Shown: positions 1 through 12,300 of the stretch, piece after piece
Layout: the number at the start of each line of letters is the position of its first letter
Numbering within the stretch: position 1 is the stretch's first letter
Origin: Daphnia carinata
Lineage: Eukaryota
Assembly (NCBI RefSeq): GCF_022539665.2
Contig: NC_081334.1
Coordinates: forward strand, 2,046,001-2,110,000
Length of the DNA stretch: 64,000 nt
Reading direction: 5' to 3'
The notes under the pieces: generated by a model
Told to the model about the DNA's origin: nothing
Database searches by the model: none
The model's input: only the letters and a program-made list of their open reading frames with translations
Made by a program: the position numbers and the translations under genes

Positions 1-1040
1 GCAAAAAGCAGGAGAAATGCTTCGTCATAAATTCAAAATTTTTTCAAGAAAATTCCTTTCATACCTAAAGAGTCCATGTATGATGTTCATCGCTGCAATG
101 CCAGTGAAGTGAAACATCTTTAGGGCCATTTAAGTACCCAGCTTCACCAACACTATGAACGTAAAGGACAAACTGTTCTTTAGCAAGAGAGGCAAAATTA
201 TTTGAGGCTTCTAGCTGTGACAGACCTATAAAGGATTGCTGTTATACAAGATTCATTTACACAAGATGGTACTTCTCATTAGACAATGTGCAACTCTATT
301 ACTTTACCTCATACCTTAATGGTAATGCACTAAGTGTTTTTTCAACTGTAGGCTCACCCTTCCATCCTGTAACACTTCCAGACTTGACTTGATCCCCCGC
401 TAAAATTCTGTGAATGCAAAATAATAGCATTAAAAATACTTTTTCTGTTGACAAAAAACCGAAAAGTACCTAATCCATGTTTGACGTTGAACTCATGCCA
501 TTTCTGGGTTTCTGTACCACATCCATTTTCAACAGTCTTTATGATAATATTAATCAAAGCCGCATGTACCATTATGAAATGGATGTTGAAAAGCAAATAA
601 AAACCTGTTGAGATGGATATCAGGAGAATCAGAATAGATCTAAATCAACTTCAGTTATTCTTTTCCCTATAATACTTCGTGACATAGCATAATAGATATA
701 CTTGCCTCAATTCAGAACCATAGACCAACGGAAAAGAACACAGAAATGAGAAATGTAGCTGTGAAAGGAGATCACTTTAAAACACAGGATCAGGTATAGA
801 TCACCTAAGAGTTGAACTAAAATGCAAAGGCAGAAATATTGGGCACGATTGCAGTTTACCAAACATAGTAGAAAAATAAAATAATTATCAAAGAAAAACA
901 TAGGCACCCTCGGGTTGCCGAATGGGTAGGTTTGATGCAATCTATGGCAATCCGTTTTACCCCCTGGATTGCCATATACCAGAGCTTCCCTTGATTCATT
1001 GCGGTGCTTACAAACTTTTCTTAATTGTTTCTTTTTCCAA

Positions 1041-1558
1041 CGCCATCTATGAATAGGCATGAACATCATACCCAACGACATCTAAGGGCGCATTTTGGCG
1101 TCAACCTTTTGTTGAACCTTTTAGTTCAACTTTTCGTCAAGGTTGACGCCAAAACGGAAGAGTTGAGCAAAAATTGAGAAAGGGGAGGAGTTGCAGTTCA
1201 GTTGAAGGTCAATGGTGGTCCAGACCACCGTTGAAAAAGCTCAACTCTTTCAGTTGAACCTCCCACAGGCGTTGTCGCCAAAACGGTCGCCTAGTTGAAC
1301 CATCTACCGGGCAGTTGACGCAAAAATACAAGTTCACTAAAAAAGTTGAACTAAAAGTAGACGCCAAAATGCGCCCTAAGAAGAGACATGCATATGACAG
1401 CTAACGCCACCTATGAAGACATGCACACCACTATAAACAAATATGCGTACCAAATGGTTTGCCATCTACGGACAGACATGCACACCAAATTCACGCCATC
1501 TACGCGGAGACTTGCGCATTGTTACCCATGCCATCTATGAACAGATATGCGTACCAAC
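1041..1558 (+). repeat. Degenerate ~35-bp minisatellite with core (C/T)GCCATCTA(T/C)G, interrupted by a MITE
   Basis: Core copies start at 1041, 1076, 1405, 1460, 1494 and 1529. Spacing is 34-35 bp except 1405 to 1460, which contains a truncated unit. The 1076 to 1405 interval becomes 35 bp once the 294-bp insertion (MITE plus one TSD) is removed. Confidence 0.8.
1086..1376. mobile_element. PIF/Harbinger-type (Tourist-like) MITE, 291 bp
   Basis: Perfect 17-bp TIRs GGGCGCATTTTGGCGTC (1086-1102) and GACGCCAAAATGCGCCC (1360-1376). TAA target-site duplication at 1083-1085 and 1377-1379. Internal GTTGAAC/GTTCAAC subrepeats and no ORF. Confidence 0.9.
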
Positions 1559-2829
1559 ACATTCAAAATAGATTTTCTACTACGCTGTCAAACATCATGA
1601 TTGGAGTAGCTGTCTTTGGTAGAAGAATAATCTTCTGAGATGAAGTCAGAAAGACCAAGTAGGTTACTAGCACTGTTGAAGTAGTTCTCCTCAACTAGAG
1701 TCACAATCGTTGCAGTTATCTATACATTTACATGCATTACTACACCATCCCTTACACCATACCTTCCCAACCTATTCCTGTTCATCTGTTTCTATTTAAC
1801 AATCAAGCTAGAATTCCTTTGCCTGTGTTTCTGCTGCCATTAAATTTTGTTATTATAATAGCAAATGCCGTAACAATCTATATTTACCAAACAGATAAGC
1901 TTATGGATGTAGCAGATCTCAGAACAATCTACAAGTCAAAAGAAGCAAATGGTAATAAAAAAATGGAAACATTACATCACTATGCATAAATATTTACGTG
2001 TGCCATCTCCACGGTGCTATTCCCCACAGTGGTTACAACCACTATTATAATGTATTAAATATTTATTCATCTCACAAGCAATTAATAAGGTTTTCAAATA
2101 CTTGCATGGTAAGTCTACTGGCATCTGAGCTACGGCGCACGCAGCTCTTCCAGAGTCTTACTGAACTATGGACTTCGAGATTTGAATTTGGGCTTCGCAA
2201 GACGGCGTTGCTTGCCAGGTGAGGCAGTGAACGCCATCTAGCGAAGATCAGTTTTCGCGGGACGTCCCATTTTAGAAGCCGCTCTCCCAGGCTATGTCAA
2301 TCTTTAAGGGATCATTTTTTTCCACCATATCCCATTATTAAGATGATTTTGGATTACCTCTCAGGTAACTGCTTTGCTTGGCTTAATACTGCTTCTACTT
2401 GAAATTCTAAAGGAATTAGCGGATATTGATACAACTTCACGTCAAGGTAGAAACTGTACTCTGAGACAAATAAACCTTCCATTTACGTTTACCGATATTC
2501 CCAGAGAATTGGCTGAAAAGCTTTCTAAGCGTTACAGCATAACAGTAACCTTGTTTTTTTTTAATCTCTTGCGTTAACTAACCTGAACTAAAGTAAAATT
2601 CAATCAAGGATTCTTCAATGTGATAGATGTTTAGTATCAATGGTTTTCGTGTGTCCTTTCCTTGTAGAGATCAACTCCGTCCTGACTCAACGTAATCCCC
2701 ATTAGTAACATGAAACAGATCCGCCGCATTTACGCTTAAAAACAGATTCGTTTCGTTTCAGCGACACAAATACGCAACACCAGACACCCCTGAAATCTAA
2801 ATAGGCAAATCTGATATATTATGTTATTT

Positions 2830-3235
2830 GTAAATCTTTTTGCTTTACTTATATCCAACTCCTTTCAGTTTTATACCAATAATGCACACAAGTAACAAAA
2901 TCAGAAAGCAATAAAAGTCCGAAACCAAAGAAAAACCTTTTGTTTAAGATCCAATTCTTCCAGAGCTTCGTTTTTGCTGCTTACGAATTTGTTCGCATTC
3001 GTTCTTATTCTGCTCTACAGTTACACAGGGCGTTAAGCTCCATACTTGAATTCGTTGCGGCAAAATTTTTACCAGCACTTGTCGATAAATTTTGTTACCG
3101 AAATCTGTTGAATGTAATGAGTTTACCTGGTATATACACGTTGTCGGCAATGCCAGCCCGCACTGGTCACTGCAGTATTTATTCCCCTGACGCGATGCGT
3201 TCAAACACTGCGGTCCAGGTGTAACAGTGGATGAC
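2830..3235 (-). pseudogene. CXXC1: Unprocessed pseudogene fragment of CXXC-type zinc finger protein 1 (Cfp1)
   Basis: Translation HCY/GPQCLNASRQGNKYCSDQCGLAL..IYQ|ILPQRIQVWSLTPCV..EQIRKQQ../LEELDLKQK|ELD resembles the Cfp1 CpG-binding-protein C-terminal zinc-finger region (human-type KYCSDDCG..IYEILPQRIQQW). It has a 4-nt insertion after HCY, a second frameshift after KQQ, and an intron (3126-3067) ending in AA instead of AG. The rest of the gene is not seen. Confidence 0.8.
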
Positions 3236-5317
3236 CTAAAATCGTTGGAAACAACGGCCAGGAAAGAATTTGTTATCTCGCCCTCGTCTGCGTTGGTTAT
3301 TGTAGCAGGGTAGTAGCAAAGACGGCAAGGCTACAAGGAGAAGACGGTGTTTTTGAAGAAACTGCGTAAGATGGCTGCATGATGGAGAGCTCAATGGCTA
3401 ATGAAAAAGCCCCATATGAAGAAACTGGCGGAGATGATATGACAGATGCCACGGCGATGCCCTCATTTAGGTACTACATCGTCATCTGGTATCGCCATTC
3501 TTCATTCGGCTCCTTGTTGGGGCTTGCAACAGGAATTAATTTGTATTCGCCCAGATTTTCAGGTTCTCCTCTCCCCGGTTCCGGCTGATTTGCTGTTTGT
3601 TCATTCCCCACCTTCCACAACTTATTAAGAAGAAATCGAAAAACAAGCCAGTGTAAGAAAAAAACAACAAATCAACTTCAAATCAACTTTTATGGATACT
3701 TGTTTTTTAGCAGAAACCACTTGCCTCATTTAGGATATCATAGATACCCTTGGTTATGTCAAGACTTAGTTCTTGAAAAAAAAAATCTGAACCTTTGGCT
3801 ATGCAGTTGCAACACCATCATCTGCTAGGGGTTAGCTGCATATTTTACAACTTCAGCATTAACTTGTTGGTTGTACATGATGCAAATTCTCATACTTGCT
3901 CTAGGGAGACAAAAATCCATTAACATGAAATAACCTATAGGAGAAAAATATTATCGTGAGATGCAAACAAACATGGATGTTAACTTTCCCATAAGAACTA
4001 CAATGTTAATCTTTCGAACATTCAAGTTTTATACATCTCAACAGCTATCAAATGCACAATCGAAATGAAGTTAATAAGAGCTCTGTTAATCAAGAATTTA
4101 CAACTGATTTTTTAAAACGAAGTGGAAATAAAACCAATCCTTCGAGAAACCCAGTAGCTGGTATCACCTCTAAAAGCACTTTCAGCATCCAATACTCTCA
4201 GCTGAAACTTATTTTACAGCAAACAGCTTCCGCTGCCATAGAAACAGTGACCAAAAGAGGACTAATAACTGTATGACACATTGAAAAAAGAAAAACACAC
4301 TACCTGAAGTGATATTCCATTATTCCGTTAACCATCCATTTCCTAACATTTTTGCGTTCAGCATTTTGCAAATGAGGGTGAATACTAAACAGTATCTGAC
4401 AATTCGCGTTGGAAAATCTAGATCTAGTAAAATTTACAAAATTTTGACTCGTATGCAAACGATAATGACGGCGGATGATTTTGTTTTGACGTAGGATTTG
4501 AATTTCCTAAAACAAACGTGAAAAACCGGTTTTAAATTAGCGCCAATACACGACAGCGCTATGGCGATGCAGCACAAATATTCAATGCATTTCCAAACGG
4601 TTGATCTAATGAAAAAAAAAAAAAATAAAATAATACAATTTTCTGTGTCTAACACCAGTAGGACGTACAGCAGTGCGGCTAGCAGGTTAGTAGGTAGGCA
4701 GGCTAGTCATAATATAAATTGAAGGCTGGTTCCCTATTCATTTACGCGGCCACATATACAGGAACAAAATATTTATTGAAGTATGCAAGAACCACATCAT
4801 GCAACAAATTTCTTTAAATAAGAATGAAAACTCAAAAATTATTCCTTCGAAAAAGAAATAATTTGTAATATCATTGGCTCATCCAATGTCACTGGGATTC
4901 ACAAAGGAGCATCTGCTGTGAATGGGAAATTTGCCACATTAATTTTTAATTGAAAGTAATGATGCAAAACTAATGGGAAGTTAACGTCGAGTAACCGGGA
5001 AATGTTTATGACATTTAATTTAAATTTAAAGTGGGCACTTGGAGTGGGAAATTACAGTCAATTACACTATTTTGGCCTTAAAATTGGCTTAAAATTTATA
5101 CTTTTTGGCCTGAATGTTCGCTTAAGGTCCTCAAATTTTGGCATAAAAATCCAGAAATTTGATTACGATTCACGAATATGGCCTAAAATTCCTCGTTTTC
5201 GCTTAAGATTCAAACTGATTCTTGGATGGTTGTACGACTTTGAAACAGCTGCCAATCACCGTACATCATGATTAGCTTCTAGTCTAGTGAGCGATGTGCA
5301 ATATGGTAGATTTTTTC

Positions 5318-7766
5318 CTAAATTGCACCAGTTTTGCAGTTTGGCTCCGGACTGTGTGCATTATGAGAATCCACTTCGGAACCTGCGAGTTTGTCAGCAG
5401 AGGACGTTATTTCATTTGCTGTCGGCTGACCAAAAATCTTGCTGATTTCTTCTAGTGTCTTGCCTTTAGTTTCCGGCAAAAAGAATGCAACAAACAAAAC
5501 AGCTACGATACACCAAGCCGCATAGATACCGTAAACACAGCTGAGTCCCAAAGCTGCTGACATCTCAGGAAAAGTTTGTACTACGATGAAAGTGCAGGCC
5601 AGACTGAAAGCTGAAGAGATGGTACCCAGTCGATGACGGTATTCCAGTGGAAACACTTCGCCCATTATAAGCGGAGGTACAGCGCCGAAACCGATGGAAT
5701 ATGAAATCATGAACGCGATGAGCGAAAGTAAAGGAATCCAGCCCAACGTCGAAATGTCAAACGACTCTGCCCCGGTACTTTTATCGATGGCAGATAGTTC
5801 TTCCCATGCATTTTTCACATAAATAAACGCGCTCAAACCACCAAATGAGACTGCCATAAGAACTCCTGAAAGCATGAGCAATACACGACGTCCGAATCGG
5901 TCCACCTGTGGAAAGTAGAACGATAAACATCAGCCACTAGGATGTTGTAAAACGAAAATGACGTAAGAGAAATACCTACCAATAAAACTGAAAGCCCTGT
6001 AAAAACCACTTGCACAACGCCGATGATAATGCTGGATAAAAAACGATCCAAGCTAGAGCCAGCATCTTGGAAAACGCTGGCCGAATAAAAGAGAATGGCG
6101 GTTATGCCACAGGACTGCTGGAAGAACATGAGAGCCATTGTAATTAGCAGAGGCTTCATTAAATAACCGCTAGTCAGGATCTTAGCATAGCTGGAATTGG
6201 TTAACTGCGAGTTGGCGTTGGTTTTGATACGCTGAAATTCCACTTCGATATTCGTGTACCTGGAAAATGACATGACACGAGAGCGCAATAATTAATTCAA
6301 GGTAAAAACTGGATCAACAAGTCTATAGATGTTTTCCTTGGGTTTTTCGAAAAATGGGAATCGACGAAAGAGAAAAGAGAAACGACTTACTTGCCGCGAA
6401 GTCGATGAAGGGCGTCCTTGGCTTGAGTTTCGTGATTACGCGAAAAGAGCCAGGGAGGTGTTTCCGGCATCAAGAGCTACAAATAACGTTTGAAAAATGT
6501 AGAATGAGGTCAAAATGGATGGGCGTAGATATAAGCTAGTGGCGTATAGTAACGTAGCACTTGCAATAAAAGATACGTACCATTGTGACACCCAAAACAA
6601 TTGGCAGGGATCCAATAAGGAAGCACATAATGTGCCATTCAACAACAGCTCCAATGATGTAAGCGATTAAGATGCCAATGGAAATAAAAGTTGATGTAAA
6701 AGAACCCAATGCTCCACGCACCCTAGGCGAAGAACATTCGCTCACCTTGAATTTACAGATCAAATATTGAATTACAAATATTGTGGAAAAGAAGATTTAT
6801 AAAATATATATATTACGTAAATCTGGGAAGGGAGCATAGAAGCTCCGATCATCAAGCCGGTGGCGATACGACCAATGAAGAGAAGTATTGTTGAATTGAT
6901 GTAATAAGATAATCCCATTAGGTAAAATCCCACGATGTATGGTATAGAGATGGTGGCCAACGTAAGGCGGCGACCATACATTTCCATCGGAAATGCAATC
7001 AACACACTGCCAAAAATGGCGCATAATGGTGGCATAGAAGCTAAAAAAAAAACAATTTTTAAATAATCAGATTAAGTAAAGGGGTACTAGGGAACAATCG
7101 AATTCTAAAAATGTCACAGCCTTAAGGCAAAACACAAGTTAAAATATAGGCTACTGTAGTTCATATGTATACATACTTAACCAGACAGCTTCTTCACGTT
7201 CTAGATACAATTGCGTTTCGTTGCTCTGTGCTGTAAGCTGAGGAATCGCTGACGAACTCCTAAACACAATCAAACACCGATTCGTAACAGTGCACAATGA
7301 GGAAAACGAAAAAACGAGGTAAATGAAATCGAAAGAACATTACCATCCACGAACAAGACCGGCACATAACATAGCCCATGATGCTGACGTGGCGCACATA
7401 ATCTGAAATGCGATTCAGTCAAAAGAAGAGAAAACATCACCTATATGGAATCAAGGTTAACACATGTTCCTTTTTTCTCTATACGGCGCGAAAATTCTTT
7501 TTTCTTTCAATGGCCCACGTTTCTCGTTTTTTTAGCTAAGATTTCCCAACAAAAGCAAAAGGTAGGTGTTATTTTGTGCTGGAATTTTATGAAAAATCAA
7601 AATAACATTCACAGAGATTGATTAGGGTTTAGTGAATGAAGCTTTGTCTTGTGAACCATGTGTTGAAATCATTGTTTGAAAAAATGTTTACCTGTGGAGC
7701 TACTTTTGGCCAGTTCTTGAATGGTGGCATAGTCTTTTTAGTATTCACGGTTGCCATGTCATCCAT
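5318..7766 (-). CDS. MFS sugar porter, facilitated trehalose transporter Tret1-like (multi-exon)
   Basis: Spliced ORF MDDMATVN..VAPQ|IMCATSASWAMLCAGLVRGW|SSSAIPQL.. Sugar-porter motifs: YGRR, YVSECSSPRVRG, FFQQSCGI, DRFGRRVLL, GEVFP, FFLPETKGKTLEEI. GT-AG introns; stop at 5318-5320. Confidence 0.9.
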
Positions 7767-9309
7767 GTTTCGAAAAGCCGGAGGAAATTCGCGGGCCACT
7801 GTTGCAGTTCTCTCGAAGCTGGAAAAAACCGGAATGAGGTTTCAACGGGCACAGACGGTCTGCTTTAACACTTCTGGAGGCTCTTTTGCTCGAGCAAATA
7901 TGTTGGATTTCCCACCTTTCTCTTGCGTTCTTTACGACTGACATGTCGGTTTTTCCAAAACGGCCGTGACCACTTAAACGAGTCATGAACTACTTATTTA
8001 GAACAGGAAATCGAACTAACGAAAATATCCATAACCATCAAGGATAAAAAGAACCTTACATTCTTACTTTCAACTTGAAAAGGAAATGTCAATGTGCAGA
8101 TTCGTATCTAACCAGGAGGCCACCTATTAGCTGAAGGACGAACCCAAAACAGAAGTTAAAAAAAAAAGCAAAAAACAACAAAGAAACAACAACAACAACA
8201 ACAAAAAAAAAATAAATAAATAAATGCCTTTTATGAAATTGGATTGTTACTAGGCGATGGTGCAAGTTCTCTACAGGATTACCCAAGCAAACAATTAACT
8301 TGAGGGCGGGGATTTTCCATTCAAAAGAGAGTCAAACGGTACTCACATGGTACGCCATGGTACTTATATGGTACGCCATGGTACGGAACACGGAACTCAT
8401 TCTGACCCACATCTTCATTAACAATAGTAATTGACCAACAAAAACGTCATTTCGGAATCAACCTTCAAATTACGTTACAACAGGTTAGTTTTCAGTGAAT
8501 TCCAAATCAGAATATTAAACCTGCTTTTTTAGTTGTATTTTTGGTACAAAGTAGGGCCTTTTTCCTTTTCTGCGAAAAGCTCAATTTAGACGAACTATAC
8601 ATGATTGCGATTCCAATTTAAATGAGTATCACATTTGATTTCAACGCGTATGCCTGCCGTATCTCAAAATTTTAATTTTGAAGCTCTTATAGTTCTATTT
8701 TTATAATGATCTAATGAAACACGAGAACAGGGAAGAATGTTGGCTGGATAAAAAGTATGTATTTGTGCAAGGTAAACTGGTATAATAGTTGAACAGAATA
8801 TCTTTGTCATATATTTATATTTATAAACATTAAAATAAATTAAGATGAAGAGATGAAATCAAACAAGAAATAGAAATCATATCATAATGAAATGGAGGGT
8901 ATGACACGGTCAGCTTAAGTTGTAGGAATCTGATCAATGTGAATGGATGACACATTTCAATAGTTCTTTATTTTAACAAGAGGGCAGGTAAATGGGTAAC
9001 AATAGATTTAAAAAACAAATTAAAAAGCTGTCTTTAATTTTTTTTCCCTTTTTTGAATAAATCATAGAACGAAGAGAGAAAAACAGACAAACATTGATGA
9101 TTGGACAACTAAGAGCAGCATGTCACTGATTTTTTGTCATTCTCCATTAGGATCACATCAGAGTGTAGGAATATGTATATTTCTATAATATAATGGTGTT
9201 GGTTCCATTGAGTGGAGATGGAAGAGTAAACCTTTGGTGGGTGACAGTTTCCGACAAATTGGAGGAGAACGATGAGAAGAAGAAGAAGAAAGAGTACACG
9301 GTAGTCTTT

Positions 9310-12300
9310 TCAAAATTTGGATGGAGCTGCGTTCGGTGACACTGCATGCTGTGGAATAGTTGACGGAGACTGTGACAGCGTCCTTCTTTGAGCTCGGAAA
9401 ACGGTCGTCTGAAGCGTCCGCTTCCAGTGGTCCTGAGTTTCTCGGATTTTCAATAGCCACGTATGCTGGCAAACGCGAAAGAAAACATCATAAATGTTCA
9501 ATAATATTGAACCAAATGTGAAATACCTTGACCTGATCGGAGCTCGCCTGGAACGTATGGACGCCAATGATTTGCTGGAAGCGATTGAGACTGATAATGA
9601 CGAAGCCGTTGTCCAGCTTGGCCGCTGCTGCTTCGTGGACGTTGATCTCGTGTAGGAAGAAGCGATCCAGTGATAAGGGCTGTTTATAAACGATGTAGCG
9701 CCAACAGCCCGACGGGTCTGAGGGCAGGCAACTGCGACTACTGCAAGGAGCTGTCCAGTTCTCACTCAACGATGATTTCTATAAAGATAACAAAAAAAAA
9801 AAACAAATGACGATTATTTTTTTTTTTTAAATTAGAAGAGAAATCTAAGTGAAGACCTTTTTGCCGAGCCCTTTCTTTTTGCGCGTAATGAGCAGCATAT
9901 CGTCAAAGAGGATGACGTGCATGTCGGTCGGCCGTCCCGTGTCCAGCAGGCTCAACGGACCTTCCAGCACGATTTGGCGACGCGGAGAGACGATCAGCCT
10001 TTCGCAAGGCTGTTTGGCTAATGGCGTCTTGAGGAATTCGGGGACGACGACTTTGGGCTCCATGTCCAGCACGCTGGGCCACACCAGACTGCGCTGGATC
10101 TCTAGCAATCGTTCGAAATTCTTGAGCCACTTCATCTTGTCGTCCAGCTCTCGCAAACTGGCTTCCTCCTTATCCAGGATCTTCAGAACGGCTTCTTTCT
10201 CCTGGGCGTCTTCCGTCCTCGATTCGATCTCGCGCAGCAGCAACGGCACTTTCATGATGTGCTGAACGGGCGCCACCAGCAGATCCGTTAGCTGAAGTTT
10301 CTTGCACCTCGGATCTCTGTTACACCACTGAAATGACATACGGTACGTATCGTTACTGTCTTTGATGTTCTAAGTTTGTTTATTTGATTTACCTTTTCAA
10401 ATTCGCAGAACTCCATGTGCCTCCGAAGAGTTTCCAGATAATTCAAGGCGTTTATATAATTGAGTGCGTATCGATGATAGGCTTGCGACAGAACATGAGC
10501 TTTGGAACTCTGAAAATGGTAGAATAATTTGGTACAGACAGATCTATGAAACACATCAAAAATTTAAAAATTACCTTTTGGAATAGTTTGGTGAGGATGT
10601 GCGTCGTTTTCGTGTCACCGCCGCCTGGTTGCGCATGATGAAGTAACAAGCTGATGAATTCTTTACAGAAACTGTACGTCACCTGTTGGATATAGCCATT
10701 CATTCATGAGCCATTTTCAATATTAAACATAGGAAGGCTATTAAGTGAGTGAAGCGCGACGTAGGAATTCTGTTAATCGTAGACGGAAATTGTTAGAGCA
10801 TCGTGCCACCCCATTCGGTTCGCTTTAACCGCGGGATTCGTGCGGCATTACGTGGAAGCTGTCCATTCATTCGAGAATGAACAAGTCGGTGACAATCGTC
10901 ATTCACTGTCTTTACGTTTAACAAAGACTACTGGGATTCACTTGCATATCCTTTCAAATGCGCAGAGATTTGTGCTTTGCATCCTCATCTGTTGAAATCA
11001 CGACTGAAATTGTTTTCGATAAAGGCTCCGAACGTGTGGTGAAATCCCGCAGGAGGTGTGCGCAATAAAGAGGAATTAATTCGTTCTAAGTACACGGTAG
11101 CATGGCTCATTGCACGGCAATCATTTCAAAGATGTCATCCTCTGCCTTGACGCACTATCTAAAGGCGATTACGATCTACTCAACTCCAATTTAAGAGAAT
11201 AGCAGCACGGCAAAATGGCAAAGGCGGACAGCCGATGGTCTTTAAATAATGAAAGCGGCGTAGGGAAACATCAAAGCGGACAGACTTACACAGCACAATT
11301 CATCCAGGTTGCCGAAAAGCAATTCGGGTTCGGCAAACATGGCGTATCCTTCCACCTGGATCTTTTTGAGCGGGTCCATGTAGACCTATAAGATAACACA
11401 CGTTCAAACTGTCATGTTGCTGGCCGCTTAAACTAATTCCGAAAGGTCAATTCTTGTCTGATCATTTTACGTTTTTGAGGACCATAAGGTGGTCGTAGAG
11501 GAAAGCGCACTCGCTCTGGAAGAGATCCCAAAGTGCCTCTCTGCCCCTGAGCTCGCATTTCTGGCCGGAGGTGGGCGGACAAGGCGGTGGCTGTTCGAAA
11601 GAGAAGGTAATTTCGCTGACATTGGCCGTCGCCATGTCCTTTTCTTCGGCCGTTTGCGTAATCTCTTCGACAGGAAGAACCTCCTGGATGACCGATCTGC
11701 GATCGAGGCAGCGCTCGCTCATCGTCCGCACTAATCCGAACCTCGCCCGCTTCTCTTGCGTCCATTCCTATATGCAGAAATTTAAAAAAAAACGGCCACT
11801 TTGTTAGAAGAAAAAAAAAAAAAAAAAAAAACTGAATTTTTTTTTAGAGGAAAAATTTCAAAGAAAGGACCTTGATTCGGGACGAATAATCTTGATGAGT
11901 AGCCTGGCGTACTAACACATTACGCGTGGGTTGGGTCGTTGACGTGGTGCCCGGAAACTGGATGATTGGTGTCCTTCCGGCGACTGGCGATGTGGCCGCC
12001 TCTTCGGTTGTCGAAGTCAGCGTCGATTTCGTGGCTTTATTGAACGTTTTCTGCTGCTGGACAGTGGTGAGGAAGTCCGTCCAGCAGAGGCCTCTGTAGC
12101 GGGACAGCTGGTCGTCCAAAAAATTGGACGGCTGCAGACAAGTCAATACCTCTTCAAGGCCGGAGAGGCTCTCGGATTTAGTGCGGCCTGACCTGTCGAA
12201 CTGTTCCGGCAAATAAAAATATTCGTTTTTTCTTTCGTCAATATCAATTATAGCATTCGAGGGATTTTTTTTTATTGGCCCCTCGTCGAGTCTGTTTTTT

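Noticed and set aside
300..620. Exon-like minus-strand segments with splice signals
   Set aside because: No continuous frame or recognisable domain.
2374..2577. Short plus-strand ORF with splice-like sites
   Set aside because: No recognisable homology; possibly a gene relic but cannot be supported.
7759..7986. 75-codon upstream ORF overlapping the Tret1 start codon out of frame
   Set aside because: A strong acceptor (TTTTTTCCAG, ~7819) lies between its ATGs and the main ATG, so it is probably intronic. There is no evidence it is in the mRNA.
8347..8383. Direct duplication of ATGGTACGCCATGGTAC
   Set aside because: Only two copies; ordinary slippage, not a CRISPR or functional array.
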